A stretch of DNA of 64,000 bases from an uncultured Candidatus Saccharibacteria bacterium (GTDB taxonomy: Bacteria > Patescibacteriota > Saccharimonadia > Saccharimonadales > Saccharimonadaceae): the NCBI GenBank assembly GCA_947428935.1, contig CANENS010000001.1, positions 29,965 to 93,964 of the forward strand, given 5' to 3'. The first letter of the stretch is position 1. Every line of letters begins with the position of its first letter. The notes below the pieces were generated by a model, which did no database searches, was not told where the DNA came from, and was given only the letters and a program-made list of their open reading frames with translations. Shown one piece after another: positions 29,050-39,231 of the stretch. The position numbers and the translations under genes are program-made.

Positions 29050-29283
29050 GAGCATTGCGTTTCGCCTAACTAAGCATTTGGGGCTGATCTTACAGTTAAA
29101 ATGCCCTTGTGACGCATTTTAAGGCTCCTTTGAGCGGTTTTCGGTTTGAAGAGCCGTTCAGATGTGGTTTTTAGGCTAAAACGCGGAGGATGCCTGCTAG
29201 GAGTGCATTTTTCGCCGTAAAAGCGCAGAGCGCCAATAAATAGCATAATAGCCTCAGAATGGCACCTGTGCTCTTCTGAGACA

Positions 29284-29895
29284 TTATGGAGCACCTTTGG
29301 GATTTTTGCGCTGAATTTGATAGCTGCGGACATCTTGGTCAACCCGGCAATGGCGCGGCGGTTGGTTCTGCGAATGAAGAATCTCTGCGAAAGGTGGCGG
29401 AATTTGGAAGCGCGCCTGCTTTTGGCTGTTCTCGCATTCGACAATCACTCCGAGCGGCTGATGGTGAAAATGGGGGTGATAAAGCAGCATGATACGAGTT
29501 TCGAGCTGAAAAAGCGGCAGAATCGGTTCGAAAAAATGCGGTGTAGCTTCGCTCGTACAACGAACTTTGGCACATAGATGGCCTTCAATCAGCTGAAAAT
29601 CCCCTTGCGCTCGATAAGAGAGGTGGGTGGGGCAGATTTGAAGCTCGAGACGATCGGTGCTAGTGGCTTTGACTCGCCCCCCGAAATGCGGATCAGGGAT
29701 CATAAAAGTTGGCTGGATCACGAATTTGGGAGCTGAATCGCGCTCAAAGTGATCAATTTTTCGTCGATCTTGATAAACATAAGCGTTGTAGTAACCGGCG
29801 ATAATTCCCCATTGATCTGGCCCGTCTACAATGTGCAAAATGGTATTTTGCGACGTAATCTTGATTGGCGTCTCGGTGATCTTTTGATTATTCAT
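29284..29895 (-). CDS. Orphan hypothetical protein
   Basis: AAAGGGGGAAAG RBS before ATG 29895 (MNNQK...). Confidence 0.65.
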   Translation of the reverse strand: MNNQKITETPIKITSQNTILHIVDGPDQWGIIAGYYNAYVYQDRRKIDHFERDSAPKFVIQPTFMIPDPHFGGRVKATSTDRLELQICPTHLSYRAQGDFQLIEGHLCAKVRCTSEATPHFFEPILPLFQLETRIMLLYHPHFHHQPLGVIVECENSQKQARFQIPPPFAEILHSQNQPPRHCRVDQDVRSYQIQRKNPKGAP

Positions 29896-30040
29896 CTTTC
29901 CCCCTTTACAAAACTGCTGGCGAACCTGGAACTGCACCTGATGATTCCCTTTTACGCTTGAACCTTAAAGAAACCTTAAAAAATCAATTTTAGCTTAATT
30001 TGGGTCGCAATGAGTTAAAGGGCGTCACAAGGTGATTCTG

Positions 30041-30559
30041 CTAATTATAACAGAAGTCAGAGATTTTTTGAATAATTTCGGTTAAGATGGCGGGGAGCTG
30101 GGTTTTTTCGGCTTCGCCGAAGTGGCTGAGCACGAAATCAGGGTCGGGTATTTTGGCGCGTGCAACATTGTTCGTGCCGAGGCGCAAGCGTGCAAAATCA
30201 TTGGTTTTGAGCTGGGCTATGATTGATTTAAGCCCATTATTGCCGCCATCGCTGCCTCTAGCACGGTAACGTATGGTTCCGAATTCGAGATTAAAATCGT
30301 CGGCGATTACTAGCATGTTTCCAAGAGGGATTTTGTAGTATTGCAGAAAATTGTGCACTGGAATGCCACAATCATTATAAAATGATTGTGGTTTGATGAG
30401 TAAAATATCATCTTTTTTGAGCCAAATTGCATTCATTCTTTCTTTTTGCCATTCAAGCTGATGGATTTTAGCATAAAAATCAAGCGCCAAAAACCCGAAA
30501 TTATGACGAGTAAAGTTATACTTCGTTCCTGGATTTCCTAGCCCAACTAGCAATTTCAT
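30041..30559 (-). CDS. pth: Peptidyl-tRNA hydrolase
   Basis: LLVGLGNPG..Y..TRHNFG, KPQSFYN, DGGNNGLKSI. Confidence 0.95.
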   Translation of the reverse strand: MKLLVGLGNPGTKYNFTRHNFGFLALDFYAKIHQLEWQKERMNAIWLKKDDILLIKPQSFYNDCGIPVHNFLQYYKIPLGNMLVIADDFNLEFGTIRYRARGSDGGNNGLKSIIAQLKTNDFARLRLGTNNVARAKIPDPDFVLSHFGEAEKTQLPAILTEIIQKISDFCYN

Positions 30560-31252
30560 AACCAGATTATAGCATAGAACGTTATACAAAACACAACGAA
30601 GCGAACGCGCGCCGAAGGAGTCCGAGACAGAAAATAATAAGTATTGCTGTTTTTAATGAAACGACGGAGTGGCTGCAGGATGAAAATAAAACTTGTTTCC
30701 TTTTTGGACGCTACGATGTCGGGAATGATGAGGCCACGATGATGACTGACATCTAGAGCGCAAGTTCGATGACGGCTGCTCTGCCTTTTTTTGAAAGAAA
30801 GACGGAGCATTATACATATCAAGTTTTACATCAGGGGTTAAAACAGTATTTTTACTAAAACTACAAAAGCTTTTAGTTTCTTGTCAAAAACGGACTTTAT
30901 GGGTTGGAATAGGCGTTTCGGGGTGTTTTTGAGCGTCAAGAGGAGTTTTGTGCTTAATGGGCTGTATCATGGCTCTCGAAAGCTTAAACGACTCCTAGCG
31001 CCTTTTGGTGACTTCAGAGGGGTCATTTTGAGTAATTTCACGGGTTTTTGGCTACTTTTAGCTTTTGTATTCATGGCTACCTCTGTAAGGATCAAATTGA
31101 GACTTGGTCTTTTGGATCAGAAAAATCGGCGTATTCTTAAATTTAAAAATATTATGGTAATTTCTACGTGGGTAGAACTTGTGATGATTTTACGCATGTG
31201 AATCTTGTTGCGCCAAAAAACTTGCAGCTACCCGGAAAGGATTTTATACTTG

Positions 31253-31329
31253 TGGTGGTTCCTATTGGGCTCGAACCAATGACCTTACGAATGTGAATCG
31301 TACGCTCTAGCCAACTGAGCTAAGGAACC
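31253..31329 (-). tRNA. tRNA-Val(CAC)
   Basis: Cloverleaf GGTTCCT..TAGCTCAGTTGGCTAGAGC, loop TTCACAT, GGTTCGAGCCC, encoded CCA. Confidence 0.95.
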
Positions 31330-31672
31330 CACCATAAACATAAAATACCTCTTCCTCGTAGCTTTGTCTTTTTTGCGCATTTTGGCTCATTAAGTAAGAG
31401 GCCGTAATTTTACTGAAAAAAATCGTCGCTTCTTGCGCTTCAACGGATTGAGCCAAGGAGTTGCTAAAAACGCAAAATCTTAAAAATTGCCCATTCCATA
31501 AGTCTATGGCAAATTTGTCGCCTAAAATTCGCAAATTGAGGAATTCTTAGAAAATTATAAGGAAAGTTTAAAAGCTCGCCTTATACATGTTATACTATCA
31601 TACGTAAGAGCAAAAGTGAAGGCAGAAGATGCTTGGAAAGCAGCAGTAATATATCGGCATAGATGGTAAAAA

Positions 31673-31862
31673 ATGAAGAATGTTTCTTTACAAAAGATTT
31701 TTGAGTGGTTTTCTGGAGTAACTCTGAAGTTTATTTGGCATATTTTATGTAGTTGTCTTTCTGCTGATGTGGTTAAAGTTTAGTCCGACCAGCTGGGTTT
31801 GGCGCACTTTTGGGGTGGTCGTAGCATTTTGCTTAAGCTCAGTGATCGTGCGGATTTTGTAA
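31673..31862 (+). pseudogene. Possible frameshifted small membrane-protein gene
   Basis: MKNVSLQKIFEWFSGVTLKFIWH, continued in another frame by hydrophobic VVVFLLMWLKF..FGVVVAFCLSSVIVRIL*. Confidence 0.3.
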
Positions 31863-32015
31863 AAAATTTTGCAAAAATCCGGTTTTGCTGCGGATCGTGT
31901 CATAGGTATATAGCGGAGTTTCGCTGGGGCAGCAGTAAAAAAATGGTCAAAGCGTAATTCTCAAAAAATCGTGTAGAAAATAATAGTAAAAGAAAAGAAA
32001 ACTGTTATAATAGGG

Positions 32016-33074
32016 GTGATGAAGTTCGATATTCAGAAGCTTGAGCGCGAAAAAAAAGAGATTGAGGGTTTTTTGGCACAGCCAGAAGCTTATGCACAGG
32101 CGGGTTTTGCAGAAAGGTCCCGGAGATTGGCAGAATTGACGGAGATTTTGGCTCTAGTACAGAAAATCGATCAGACTAAGAAGAATTTGGCCGAAGCGAC
32201 TGAATTAGTGAACGACGCAGAATTAGGCGAAATGGCGCGTGAGGACGTGCGAGTGCTCGGGTTGCAGGTTGATGCCCTGACCGTGGAATTAGAGGACAAG
32301 TTAATACCACGCGATCCTGCGGATGAGCGGCCAGCGATTATGGAAATTCGTGCTGGTGCGGGCGGGGATGAAGCTTCGTTGTTTGCGAATGAATTATATC
32401 GTATGTATGTGCGCTATGCCGAGCGGCACGGTTTGAAGACGGAATTAATCACTAAACACGAGAATGAAGCGGGTGGAGTGAAGGAAGTGATTTTGAAGGT
32501 GACGGGTGAGCGGCCTTATGGGCAGCTGAAGTTTGAGGGCGGGGTACATCGAGTACAACGTGTGCCGGTAACTGAGTCACAGGGGCGGATTCATACTTCG
32601 ACCGCGACGGTTGCGGTTTTGCCGGAAGCGAGCGAAACCGATCTCGAGATTAGGCCGGAGGACTTGAGGGTTGATATTTATCGTTCGGGAGGGCATGGTG
32701 GTCAGGGGGTGAATACGACTGATTCGGCGGTGCGGATCACGCATTTGCCAACCAATATTGTAGTGACAATGCAGGATGAGCGCTCACAGCAACAAAATCG
32801 CCAGCGCGCTATGATGATCCTGCGGGCGCGCTTGATTGAGAAGCAGAAACGCGAGGAGATGGCCGCAGCGAGCCATGCGCGAAAATCCTTGATTGGTACC
32901 GGCGATCGGAGTGAAAAAATCCGTACTTATAATTTTCCGCAAGACCGGATTACGGATCATCGTGTGCATTTTTCGCGATCTAATGTCGATGCGGCGATGG
33001 ACGGTGATATTGACGACTTGGTGAGAGAACTGACTCTGGCGGAGCGCAATAATTTGGCAGAGGATAACGAGTAG
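32016..33074 (+). CDS. prfA: Peptide chain release factor 1
   Basis: EIRAGAGGDEA, RVPVTE (RF1 PxT motif), GGQGVN, RTYNFPQDR. Confidence 0.97.
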   Translation: MMKFDIQKLEREKKEIEGFLAQPEAYAQAGFAERSRRLAELTEILALVQKIDQTKKNLAEATELVNDAELGEMAREDVRVLGLQVDALTVELEDKLIPRDPADERPAIMEIRAGAGGDEASLFANELYRMYVRYAERHGLKTELITKHENEAGGVKEVILKVTGERPYGQLKFEGGVHRVQRVPVTESQGRIHTSTATVAVLPEASETDLEIRPEDLRVDIYRSGGHGGQGVNTTDSAVRITHLPTNIVVTMQDERSQQQNRQRAMMILRARLIEKQKREEMAAASHARKSLIGTGDRSEKIRTYNFPQDRITDHRVHFSRSNVDAAMDGDIDDLVRELTLAERNNLAEDNE

Positions 33075-33078
33075 GATT

Positions 33079-33951
33079 ATGGCAAGAGAAAAACGGAATG
33101 ATTGCAGTGCAGATTTTGAGGGGACGGTCACAGTGGGCGATTGGTTGGCTTGGGCGAAGAAACAGATCGATAGCCTGGAAGCGGAAATTATTGCGACACA
33201 TCTTTTTTCTGTGGATGCGGAGCCGGTGGATCGGAGTTGGTTGGTGGCGCATAGCCAAGATAGTGTTGACCTAGCGCTTTGGCGGACAGGTAAAGAATGT
33301 GTGATTGAGCGCAAAATGGGGGTGCCGATTGCTTATGTGGTGATGAGTAAGGAATTTTATGGCCGCAGCTTTAGCGTGACGCCGGAGGTCTTGATTCCCC
33401 GCCCGGAAACGGAGGTATTGATTGATTTGGTGAAGGACTTGCCGCTTTCTCCTTCGGTTCGTATTCTGGAAGTTGGTACTGGTAGTGGTTGTATTGCAGT
33501 AACTTTGGCTTTGGAGTTCCCCCAGGCGACCGTTGTGGCGACGGACGTGGATGAGGAGGCTTTGGAAATAGCTAAGGAGAACGATCGTGAGTACGAAGGA
33601 CGAATTTTTTTTGTGGAGACAGATTTGTTGGATGGGATTAACGATCAGTTTGATGTGGTGGTGGCGAATTTGCCATACGTCGATGCGGTTTGGCCCTGGC
33701 TCGATCTCAAAGCTTTGAGTTACGAACCATATCAGGCGCTTTTCGCCCAAGACAAAGGCTTGGCGCTGTATAAAAAGTTGATGCAACAGATGTCGGAGAA
33801 GGGCTTGTCGAGATATTTGGTCATCGAGGCTGATCCGTGTCAACAGGATGAGCTAGTCGGATATGCGAAAAAATGCGGATTCGAGCTTTTGAAAGCCCAG
33901 GATTATGGTTTAATTTTTGTGTCTACGCAGAAAATGCGAAAAGGCTCTTGA
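33079..33951 (+). CDS. prmC: Release factor glutamine methyltransferase PrmC/HemK
   Basis: VLIPRPETE, EVGTGSGCI, NLPY; follows prfA. Confidence 0.93.
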   Translation: MAREKRNDCSADFEGTVTVGDWLAWAKKQIDSLEAEIIATHLFSVDAEPVDRSWLVAHSQDSVDLALWRTGKECVIERKMGVPIAYVVMSKEFYGRSFSVTPEVLIPRPETEVLIDLVKDLPLSPSVRILEVGTGSGCIAVTLALEFPQATVVATDVDEEALEIAKENDREYEGRIFFVETDLLDGINDQFDVVVANLPYVDAVWPWLDLKALSYEPYQALFAQDKGLALYKKLMQQMSEKGLSRYLVIEADPCQQDELVGYAKKCGFELLKAQDYGLIFVSTQKMRKGS

Positions 33952-33995
33952 CAAATTTGATAATGTGTGCTACAATGGGAGTAGATACTGTTGAG

Positions 33996-34014
33996 AACTG
34001 ACCGTTGGTCAGTT
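33996..34014. promoter_or_regulatory. Palindromic operator AACTGACC-gtt-GGTCAGTT
   Basis: Perfect 8-bp arms lying between a TTGACA/TACAAT promoter and the RBS of ORF 34050. Confidence 0.6.
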
Positions 34015-34049
34015 TTTCGATGAGATAGCACCTGAAAGGGGGAATAAAA

Positions 34050-34526
34050 ATGAAGAAAATCACCTATATGCCGCTTGCGGGGGAGAGGTTGGCTTGGTAT
34101 CGGCGTCAGGAGATGGTTGCGACTGGGATGAAAACAAAAGTCTGGTTAGCTAGAGTTTTGCAAGGATTAGTCATATGCGCTGGTCTTGTTGTTTCTATCC
34201 TAACGGCTTTCTGGTGGGTTCTGTATACTCAGTCAAAGATGACGGGGGGATTAACGATCGAATCGTTGGCTTTACGGCAAGCAATGTTTTGGCGTGCTAG
34301 CTGCTTTTCGCTCGGATTACTGATTGGGGGGTATGTAGGATTTTGCGCTATTTGGCGTCTCGAGTGTTTCATCGAGGATTGTCGCCGGGTTGTACCAAGG
34401 TCGATTTCGGGATCAATCGAAGATCACAATCGCCTTGCAGGACAGTTTATTGCACTTATCCTGATTGGCCTACTTGGCCCTATAGCGTTGATTGGAGCGA
34501 TAAAGATCTTTGCTCTAGTGCTTTAG
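34050..34526 (+). CDS. Orphan membrane protein (3 TM)
   Basis: AAAGGGGG RBS, three hydrophobic segments, own promoter and a bidirectional terminator near 34532-34556. Confidence 0.7.
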   Translation: MKKITYMPLAGERLAWYRRQEMVATGMKTKVWLARVLQGLVICAGLVVSILTAFWWVLYTQSKMTGGLTIESLALRQAMFWRASCFSLGLLIGGYVGFCAIWRLECFIEDCRRVVPRSISGSIEDHNRLAGQFIALILIGLLGPIALIGAIKIFALVL

Positions 34527-34560
34527 AGATAAAAAGCCTCTCGATGAGGGGCTTTTAGTA

Positions 34561-35808
34561 TTATGAGTTTTGTGGCTTGGCAGTGGCTTTTTGTTTGTTG
34601 ATATATGCTTCGTAACCTTCGAGGGTAAGATCAATGGTTTTTTCTTTGCCGTCACGCAGAATAGTGAGCTGGATGGTGTCGCCTGGCATATATTCTCCGA
34701 TTAGGCTGGCGATGGTGCCGGCGTTGCCAGCTGAGGCTCCGTTGACTTTGGTGATAATATCTTCGTCTTTGAGGCCGGCTTTGGCAGCTGGTCCATCCGC
34801 AATTACAGCGGAATTTTTACCGTCACCATAAATATAGGCACCGGAGGTGACTGGTAATTCGTAAGCTGCGGCGAGGTCGGGAGTAATATTAACATAGTAA
34901 ATGCCGAGATAGGCGCGATCGACTTTTCCATTCTTGGTGAGATTCTTGAGCATGCCTTTGACACTTGAGACCGGGATAGCAAAGCCGATACCGTCGGCTT
35001 CGGAAGAAGTGGCAGTGTTAATACCGATGACTTCGCCGGCAGCATTGACGAGAGGCCCGCCGGAGTTGCCGGCGTTGATGGCGGCGTCGGTCTGGATTAA
35101 ATCGCTAAGATCTTCGCTGTCAGAGTAGTCGCTGCTGATCGCGGTAATGGAGCGACCGGTGCCGGAAATAACACCGGCGGTGACGGTATTTTGGAATTGT
35201 CCGAGTGCATTGCCGATAGCGATGACTTGCTGACCGGCGTTAATGGTTTTGGAATCGCCGAGTTTAACGGTTGGGAGGTCAGAGACGTCTTTGATCTTAA
35301 GAAAGGCAATGTCGTTTAACGGGTCAGTGCCGACCACTTCGACTTTTTCGTAGGTGGTGCCGTCGTCAAGAATGACGCTGACTGAATTAGCGCCTTCGAT
35401 GACGTGTTTGTTGGTCAAAACGTAGCCGTCGCCAGAAACGATCATGCCAGTTCCGGCTGCGCTAGAAGTTGAAGCTTGGCCGAAGAAATTGGTGGTACGG
35501 GTTTCGGTTAAGATTGAGACGACGCCGGGCGCAACTTGGCTGGCGATTTCGGCGATGGTTCCCTCTTCAAAGTTGGCTGAATTACCATCGGAGTCGGATA
35601 ACAAGGTTAGGGTCTTTGGATTGCGGTTTATGTCAATCACGCAATAGATTAGACTACTGATCGAGGCAACCAACGCGATTGCGACTAGAACCGAGATAGT
35701 GTTACGAAAATCAAAGTTACAAAAACGGTGGGTTTTTGGGGTCGAATTTGTTTTTTGGCTATTGGTCTTTTGGTTTGACTTTGCTTGTGTAAGCGTTGGT
35801 TTAGACAT
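34561..35808 (-). CDS. htrA: HtrA/DegP-family serine protease with PDZ domain
   Basis: TNKHV, DIAFLKI, TDAAINAGNSGGPL, C-terminal PDZ; N-terminal TM. Confidence 0.92.
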   Translation of the reverse strand: MSKPTLTQAKSNQKTNSQKTNSTPKTHRFCNFDFRNTISVLVAIALVASISSLIYCVIDINRNPKTLTLLSDSDGNSANFEEGTIAEIASQVAPGVVSILTETRTTNFFGQASTSSAAGTGMIVSGDGYVLTNKHVIEGANSVSVILDDGTTYEKVEVVGTDPLNDIAFLKIKDVSDLPTVKLGDSKTINAGQQVIAIGNALGQFQNTVTAGVISGTGRSITAISSDYSDSEDLSDLIQTDAAINAGNSGGPLVNAAGEVIGINTATSSEADGIGFAIPVSSVKGMLKNLTKNGKVDRAYLGIYYVNITPDLAAAYELPVTSGAYIYGDGKNSAVIADGPAAKAGLKDEDIITKVNGASAGNAGTIASLIGEYMPGDTIQLTILRDGKEKTIDLTLEGYEAYINKQKATAKPQNS

Positions 35809-35837
35809 AGGGATCCTCCTTTAATATTAATTAAGAA

Positions 35838-36623
35838 CTAGTGGATGTTGAAACGAGGTTGGCTGAAGCCAATTAGTAAAACGGCAATGATAGCGATACT
35901 AAAGAGCACCGGCAGTGCGACATTGCGAAATTGAAATTTGTCGGTCGAGCGTGTGGTTTCTTGGTAGAGTTTGAAATAAGCAAAAGTTAGAACCGAGAGG
36001 ATGAGGCTGAGCTGCGAAATGCAGATGCCAGTTTTTCCGAAAGGATAAATAATTAACCAGGTGTGCGAGAGCCAGGCGATTTCAGAGAAAAAAAGTCCGC
36101 AGATTAGCGAGACGAAAACTGAGTCGCTTTTTTCATTCTGGATCAGGACGTGGTTTGAGGCGGCAAAACCGATAATAAACTCGGCAATCACTAAGACGGC
36201 GGAATTAGTGACGGCGCTAAAAACCGAGGCGGCAGTTGTGCCTAGGAATACTGCAATCAGGGCCTGAATGGTAGTGAAAAGCGCAGTAGAACGCGGTTTG
36301 ATAAAAATTAGCCAAATAGCATAGATTGCCATAAGGACGAAGTGGACGATCAAAAAATCGGTGCCTGCTGAGTAGGCTAGCAGGACGAGGCTGATGCCGA
36401 CGATGAGGTCGACCAAGTTTGAACGAACGTTGACGAGCCAGTAACGGTGGTTAACGGCAAAGATGCGCCATTTCGAGGCTACGACTAAGATTAGACCAAT
36501 CAGATAACTCCCGGTTACGACTGTGGCACCGATAGAGACGGTCGCCAAGAGAAGATTAAGCACGATGTGGAGCAATGAGCTTAGTGCATTACGACTTTTG
36601 CGAATAAAAATATAATCTGCCAT
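35838..36623 (-). CDS. Multi-pass membrane protein of unknown function
   Basis: About 8 hydrophobic helices; -10 box 6 nt upstream of the ATG. Confidence 0.8.
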   Translation of the reverse strand: MADYIFIRKSRNALSSLLHIVLNLLLATVSIGATVVTGSYLIGLILVVASKWRIFAVNHRYWLVNVRSNLVDLIVGISLVLLAYSAGTDFLIVHFVLMAIYAIWLIFIKPRSTALFTTIQALIAVFLGTTAASVFSAVTNSAVLVIAEFIIGFAASNHVLIQNEKSDSVFVSLICGLFFSEIAWLSHTWLIIYPFGKTGICISQLSLILSVLTFAYFKLYQETTRSTDKFQFRNVALPVLFSIAIIAVLLIGFSQPRFNIH

Positions 36624-36748
36624 ATTGTTATTATAGCATTTTTCGTAGGCTTAGACGTAGGAAAAGCAGTTAAACCCGATAGAAAAGTGAAATTTTAAGA
36701 AACATTAAGTTGCATCTTGAATGCAAAACTTTTGGAAAAATAGTCAAA

Positions 36749-36774
36749 AGGCCAACTGTAAAAACAGTTGGCCT
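36749..36774. terminator. Hairpin AGGCCAACTGT-aaaa-ACAGTTGGCCT
   Basis: 11-bp perfect stem; related imperfect copy at 26337-26366. Confidence 0.65.
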
Positions 36775-36937
36775 GCCTTATCCCTCCCCGTCTCTGAAGC
36801 CATGAATGAATTGAGTTTTTGTGCGATTTCGTTCGGGATCACGATCTAAAGACGTTCCTGACGAAATAAGCATTGCTCAGAGATTTTCTCCCTTAATTTT
36901 TTGCTCTTTTTGAGCGACGAATTGTAAAAGAACTCTT

Positions 36938-38110
36938 CTAATACCTCGGCGCCAACTCAGACGTATAGACTTCGTTCAGTGTGGTGCCGTATTTGCCGGA
37001 CTGAGCATAAGCCCAAAGGTAAGCATCAGCGCGATAGTTAAACACTTCGGCTGGTTGAGTGCGGCTATTAGCGGCTCCTTTGAAGCTACCGCTAATAGCG
37101 CCGTTAGCCTCAGATCCGTAGCTACGGTTTAGCTTGATCCCATTTGCCACCACCGGTCCGTTGAAGATGAGCTGTTGATTGCACCCGCCATTGGTTCCGT
37201 CGGCACTCGTTCCGGTTTCGGTGTCGTCCTTACCGTTCACAAAGTCGTGGCAGGTGTCGATCGTTCCACCCACAATTAGCCAGGCGTCAATGCGCTTCAC
37301 GTTCTTAGAAATTTTGACATTACTGCTCGTGTACAAGCTCCCGTTCCAAAATGCGACTGATGGTTTTTTAGCGAGCGGCTTGCATGAAGACTTCATGATA
37401 TTCCAGTAGCTATTGTCTAGTGGCGTCCAAGTAAAGCCGTTGAGATTGGAAAAATCGCGTGAATTGATCTCGCCGATATAATACTGGTATTTAACCTCAC
37501 CAGATGTGCAATATTTATCGCCAAGTGCACCATCAGGAACTACTAGATCGCTAAAATTTGGCCAGTTTTGGGTATCCCAGCTTGGGCCAATTTTTGTGTC
37601 GATGTTTTCTTCGGAATATTTTTTATTGCAACTTTGAGCAGCTCTTGAGTTGTATACGGTGGCGTAAGGATCGTCTTTGGAATCGACGAGCTTCTTGATA
37701 ATATCTGGCGAATATGGCACCCCGACCGATACACCGTAAAGGATGTGTTGATATTCTGTAATGCGGTGGGTTGGGTAATATGGCGCGTCGGTGACCCAAT
37801 AAGCACTAGCATCTTCCCCAACATAGAGGGTGTCAGTCCCGTTTTTCCCGTCGATTTCTGATTTACTATATACTTCGTCGGAAGGATATGGACTGTCGGG
37901 GTTGCTGGGATTTTCGGGGGTTTGAGAATCATCCGAATCTTCCATAGTGTACGGACGTGTGATCATTGCACAGGCGCTAGTGTCAACTTGCTTTCGGTCC
38001 TCAATTAATGCATCCCATTGTTTGTAGCTGAACCAGTTAGTGTATACTTCTTGGTCTTTGTCCCAAGAACTTTCGTCTGGATATTCAACCGTTTTTTCGG
38101 CGATCTTCCG
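36938..38110 (-). pseudogene. 5'-truncated large surface/secreted protein (C-terminal fragment ending ELAPRY)
   Basis: Frame stays open 48 codons upstream of ATG 37966 and ends inside a -10 box; no signal peptide or RBS. Confidence 0.65.
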
Positions 38111-38217
38111 TTATAGCATGCTTTGCTTAAAAAGTCAATAGATTGAACACTAAATTTGTTCAATTTTGGTGGTTTTTGTGGGTTTTGTTGTAATTTTAAC
38201 AACAAAACTCTTGACAA
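38110..38217. promoter_or_regulatory. Divergent promoter module copy B
   Basis: Same boxes as 26230, 42115 and 52839; a cassette starts 14 bp after TTGACA. Confidence 0.75.
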
Positions 38218-38230
38218 GCGGCAGTATGAT

Positions 38231-38428
38231 TTTCACAACGGGTTCGTTAATATTCGTAGCGGTCGTTTGGGGTTCTCTAGCAGTAATGGTTACGGTTGGT
38301 TGTCATGGTCTTATACTGATATTTATTCTGCGTCATACCTTGGTCTCTATGCATCTGGCGTCTACTCGTCTGGTGGCAGTAGTCGCTGGGCCGGTTGTCC
38401 TCTCCGCTGCCTAGCTAGATAGTGATGA
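38231..38428 (+). repeat. Orphan DGR-VR-like cassette 8 (intact, type A end)
   Basis: HNGFVNIRSGRLGFSSSNGYGWLSWSYTDIYSASYLGLYASGVYSSGGSSRWAGCPLRCLAR*. Confidence 0.85.
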
Positions 38429-38504
38429 AATATATACGCGATGTATGTTCATTCAGTCTGTGTATTTTATAAAACTAAAGCAAAATCGTGCTATAATGGG
38501 TGAT

Positions 38505-39146
38505 ATGGAGATGAAACCGAGTTTTTTTGTCAAGCATCCTCTCGCGAAGGATTTGCTGAGTTTGGTCTTGTTTGTGGTCTGCGTGATCCTAGGCACCATT
38601 TTGTTGAATTCGTTTGTGTTTCGTTCGTACAATGTGGTTGGATCGAGCATGGAAAATACTTTGCAAGATAAGGATCGGGTGATTGTGAATCGATTGACGG
38701 TTTCTTGGTCGCATTTCTTGGGAAAAGAATATCAGCCCAAACGTGGCCAGATTATTGTATTTGCGAATGGCGAGGCTTCGGGAGCTTTGACTTGTGAAGC
38801 GCCAGAAGGTCAAGCCGACCAGTACATTATTAAGCGGGTTATTGCCTTTCCGGGGGAGCGCGTGGTGGTGCAGGATGGTAAGTTGACCGTGTATAATGAT
38901 GAGCATCCAGACGGTTTTTCACCTGACGACACGACGCGGGTGGACGAAAACAATGGGCCGAAGGAAGATACTTCGGGTGAGGTGGACATGGTGGTGCCAG
39001 AAGGTGAACTGTTCGTGGCTGGTGACAATCGTGAAGGCCAGCATTCTTTCGATTCGCGTTCTGGTTTGGGCACGGTGCCGTTTTGCCGTATCGTCGGTCC
39101 GGCTTCTTTGCGGATTTATCCGTTCAATAAAGTACGTTTTTTCTAG
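38505..39146 (+). CDS. lepB: Signal peptidase I
   Basis: VVGSSMENTL (Ser), YIIKRVIAFPGE (Lys), GDNR..SFDSR; start chosen 7 nt after TATAAT. Confidence 0.93.
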   Translation: MEMKPSFFVKHPLAKDLLSLVLFVVCVILGTILLNSFVFRSYNVVGSSMENTLQDKDRVIVNRLTVSWSHFLGKEYQPKRGQIIVFANGEASGALTCEAPEGQADQYIIKRVIAFPGERVVVQDGKLTVYNDEHPDGFSPDDTTRVDENNGPKEDTSGEVDMVVPEGELFVAGDNREGQHSFDSRSGLGTVPFCRIVGPASLRIYPFNKVRFF

Positions 39147-39231
39147 AGTCTGGCAATTTTATATGAATATTTGAGATTCAGTATTAAGAGCGTCTTTTGT
39201 TTTGATTATTGTGTGCTTCGAGAGCTTTTTT

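Noticed and set aside
30640-30800. Minus-strand SSR...PDIVAS...QPLRR resembling a cassette
   Set aside because: Spacing is roughly right but Trp and most conserved nucleotides are missing; needs an HMM test
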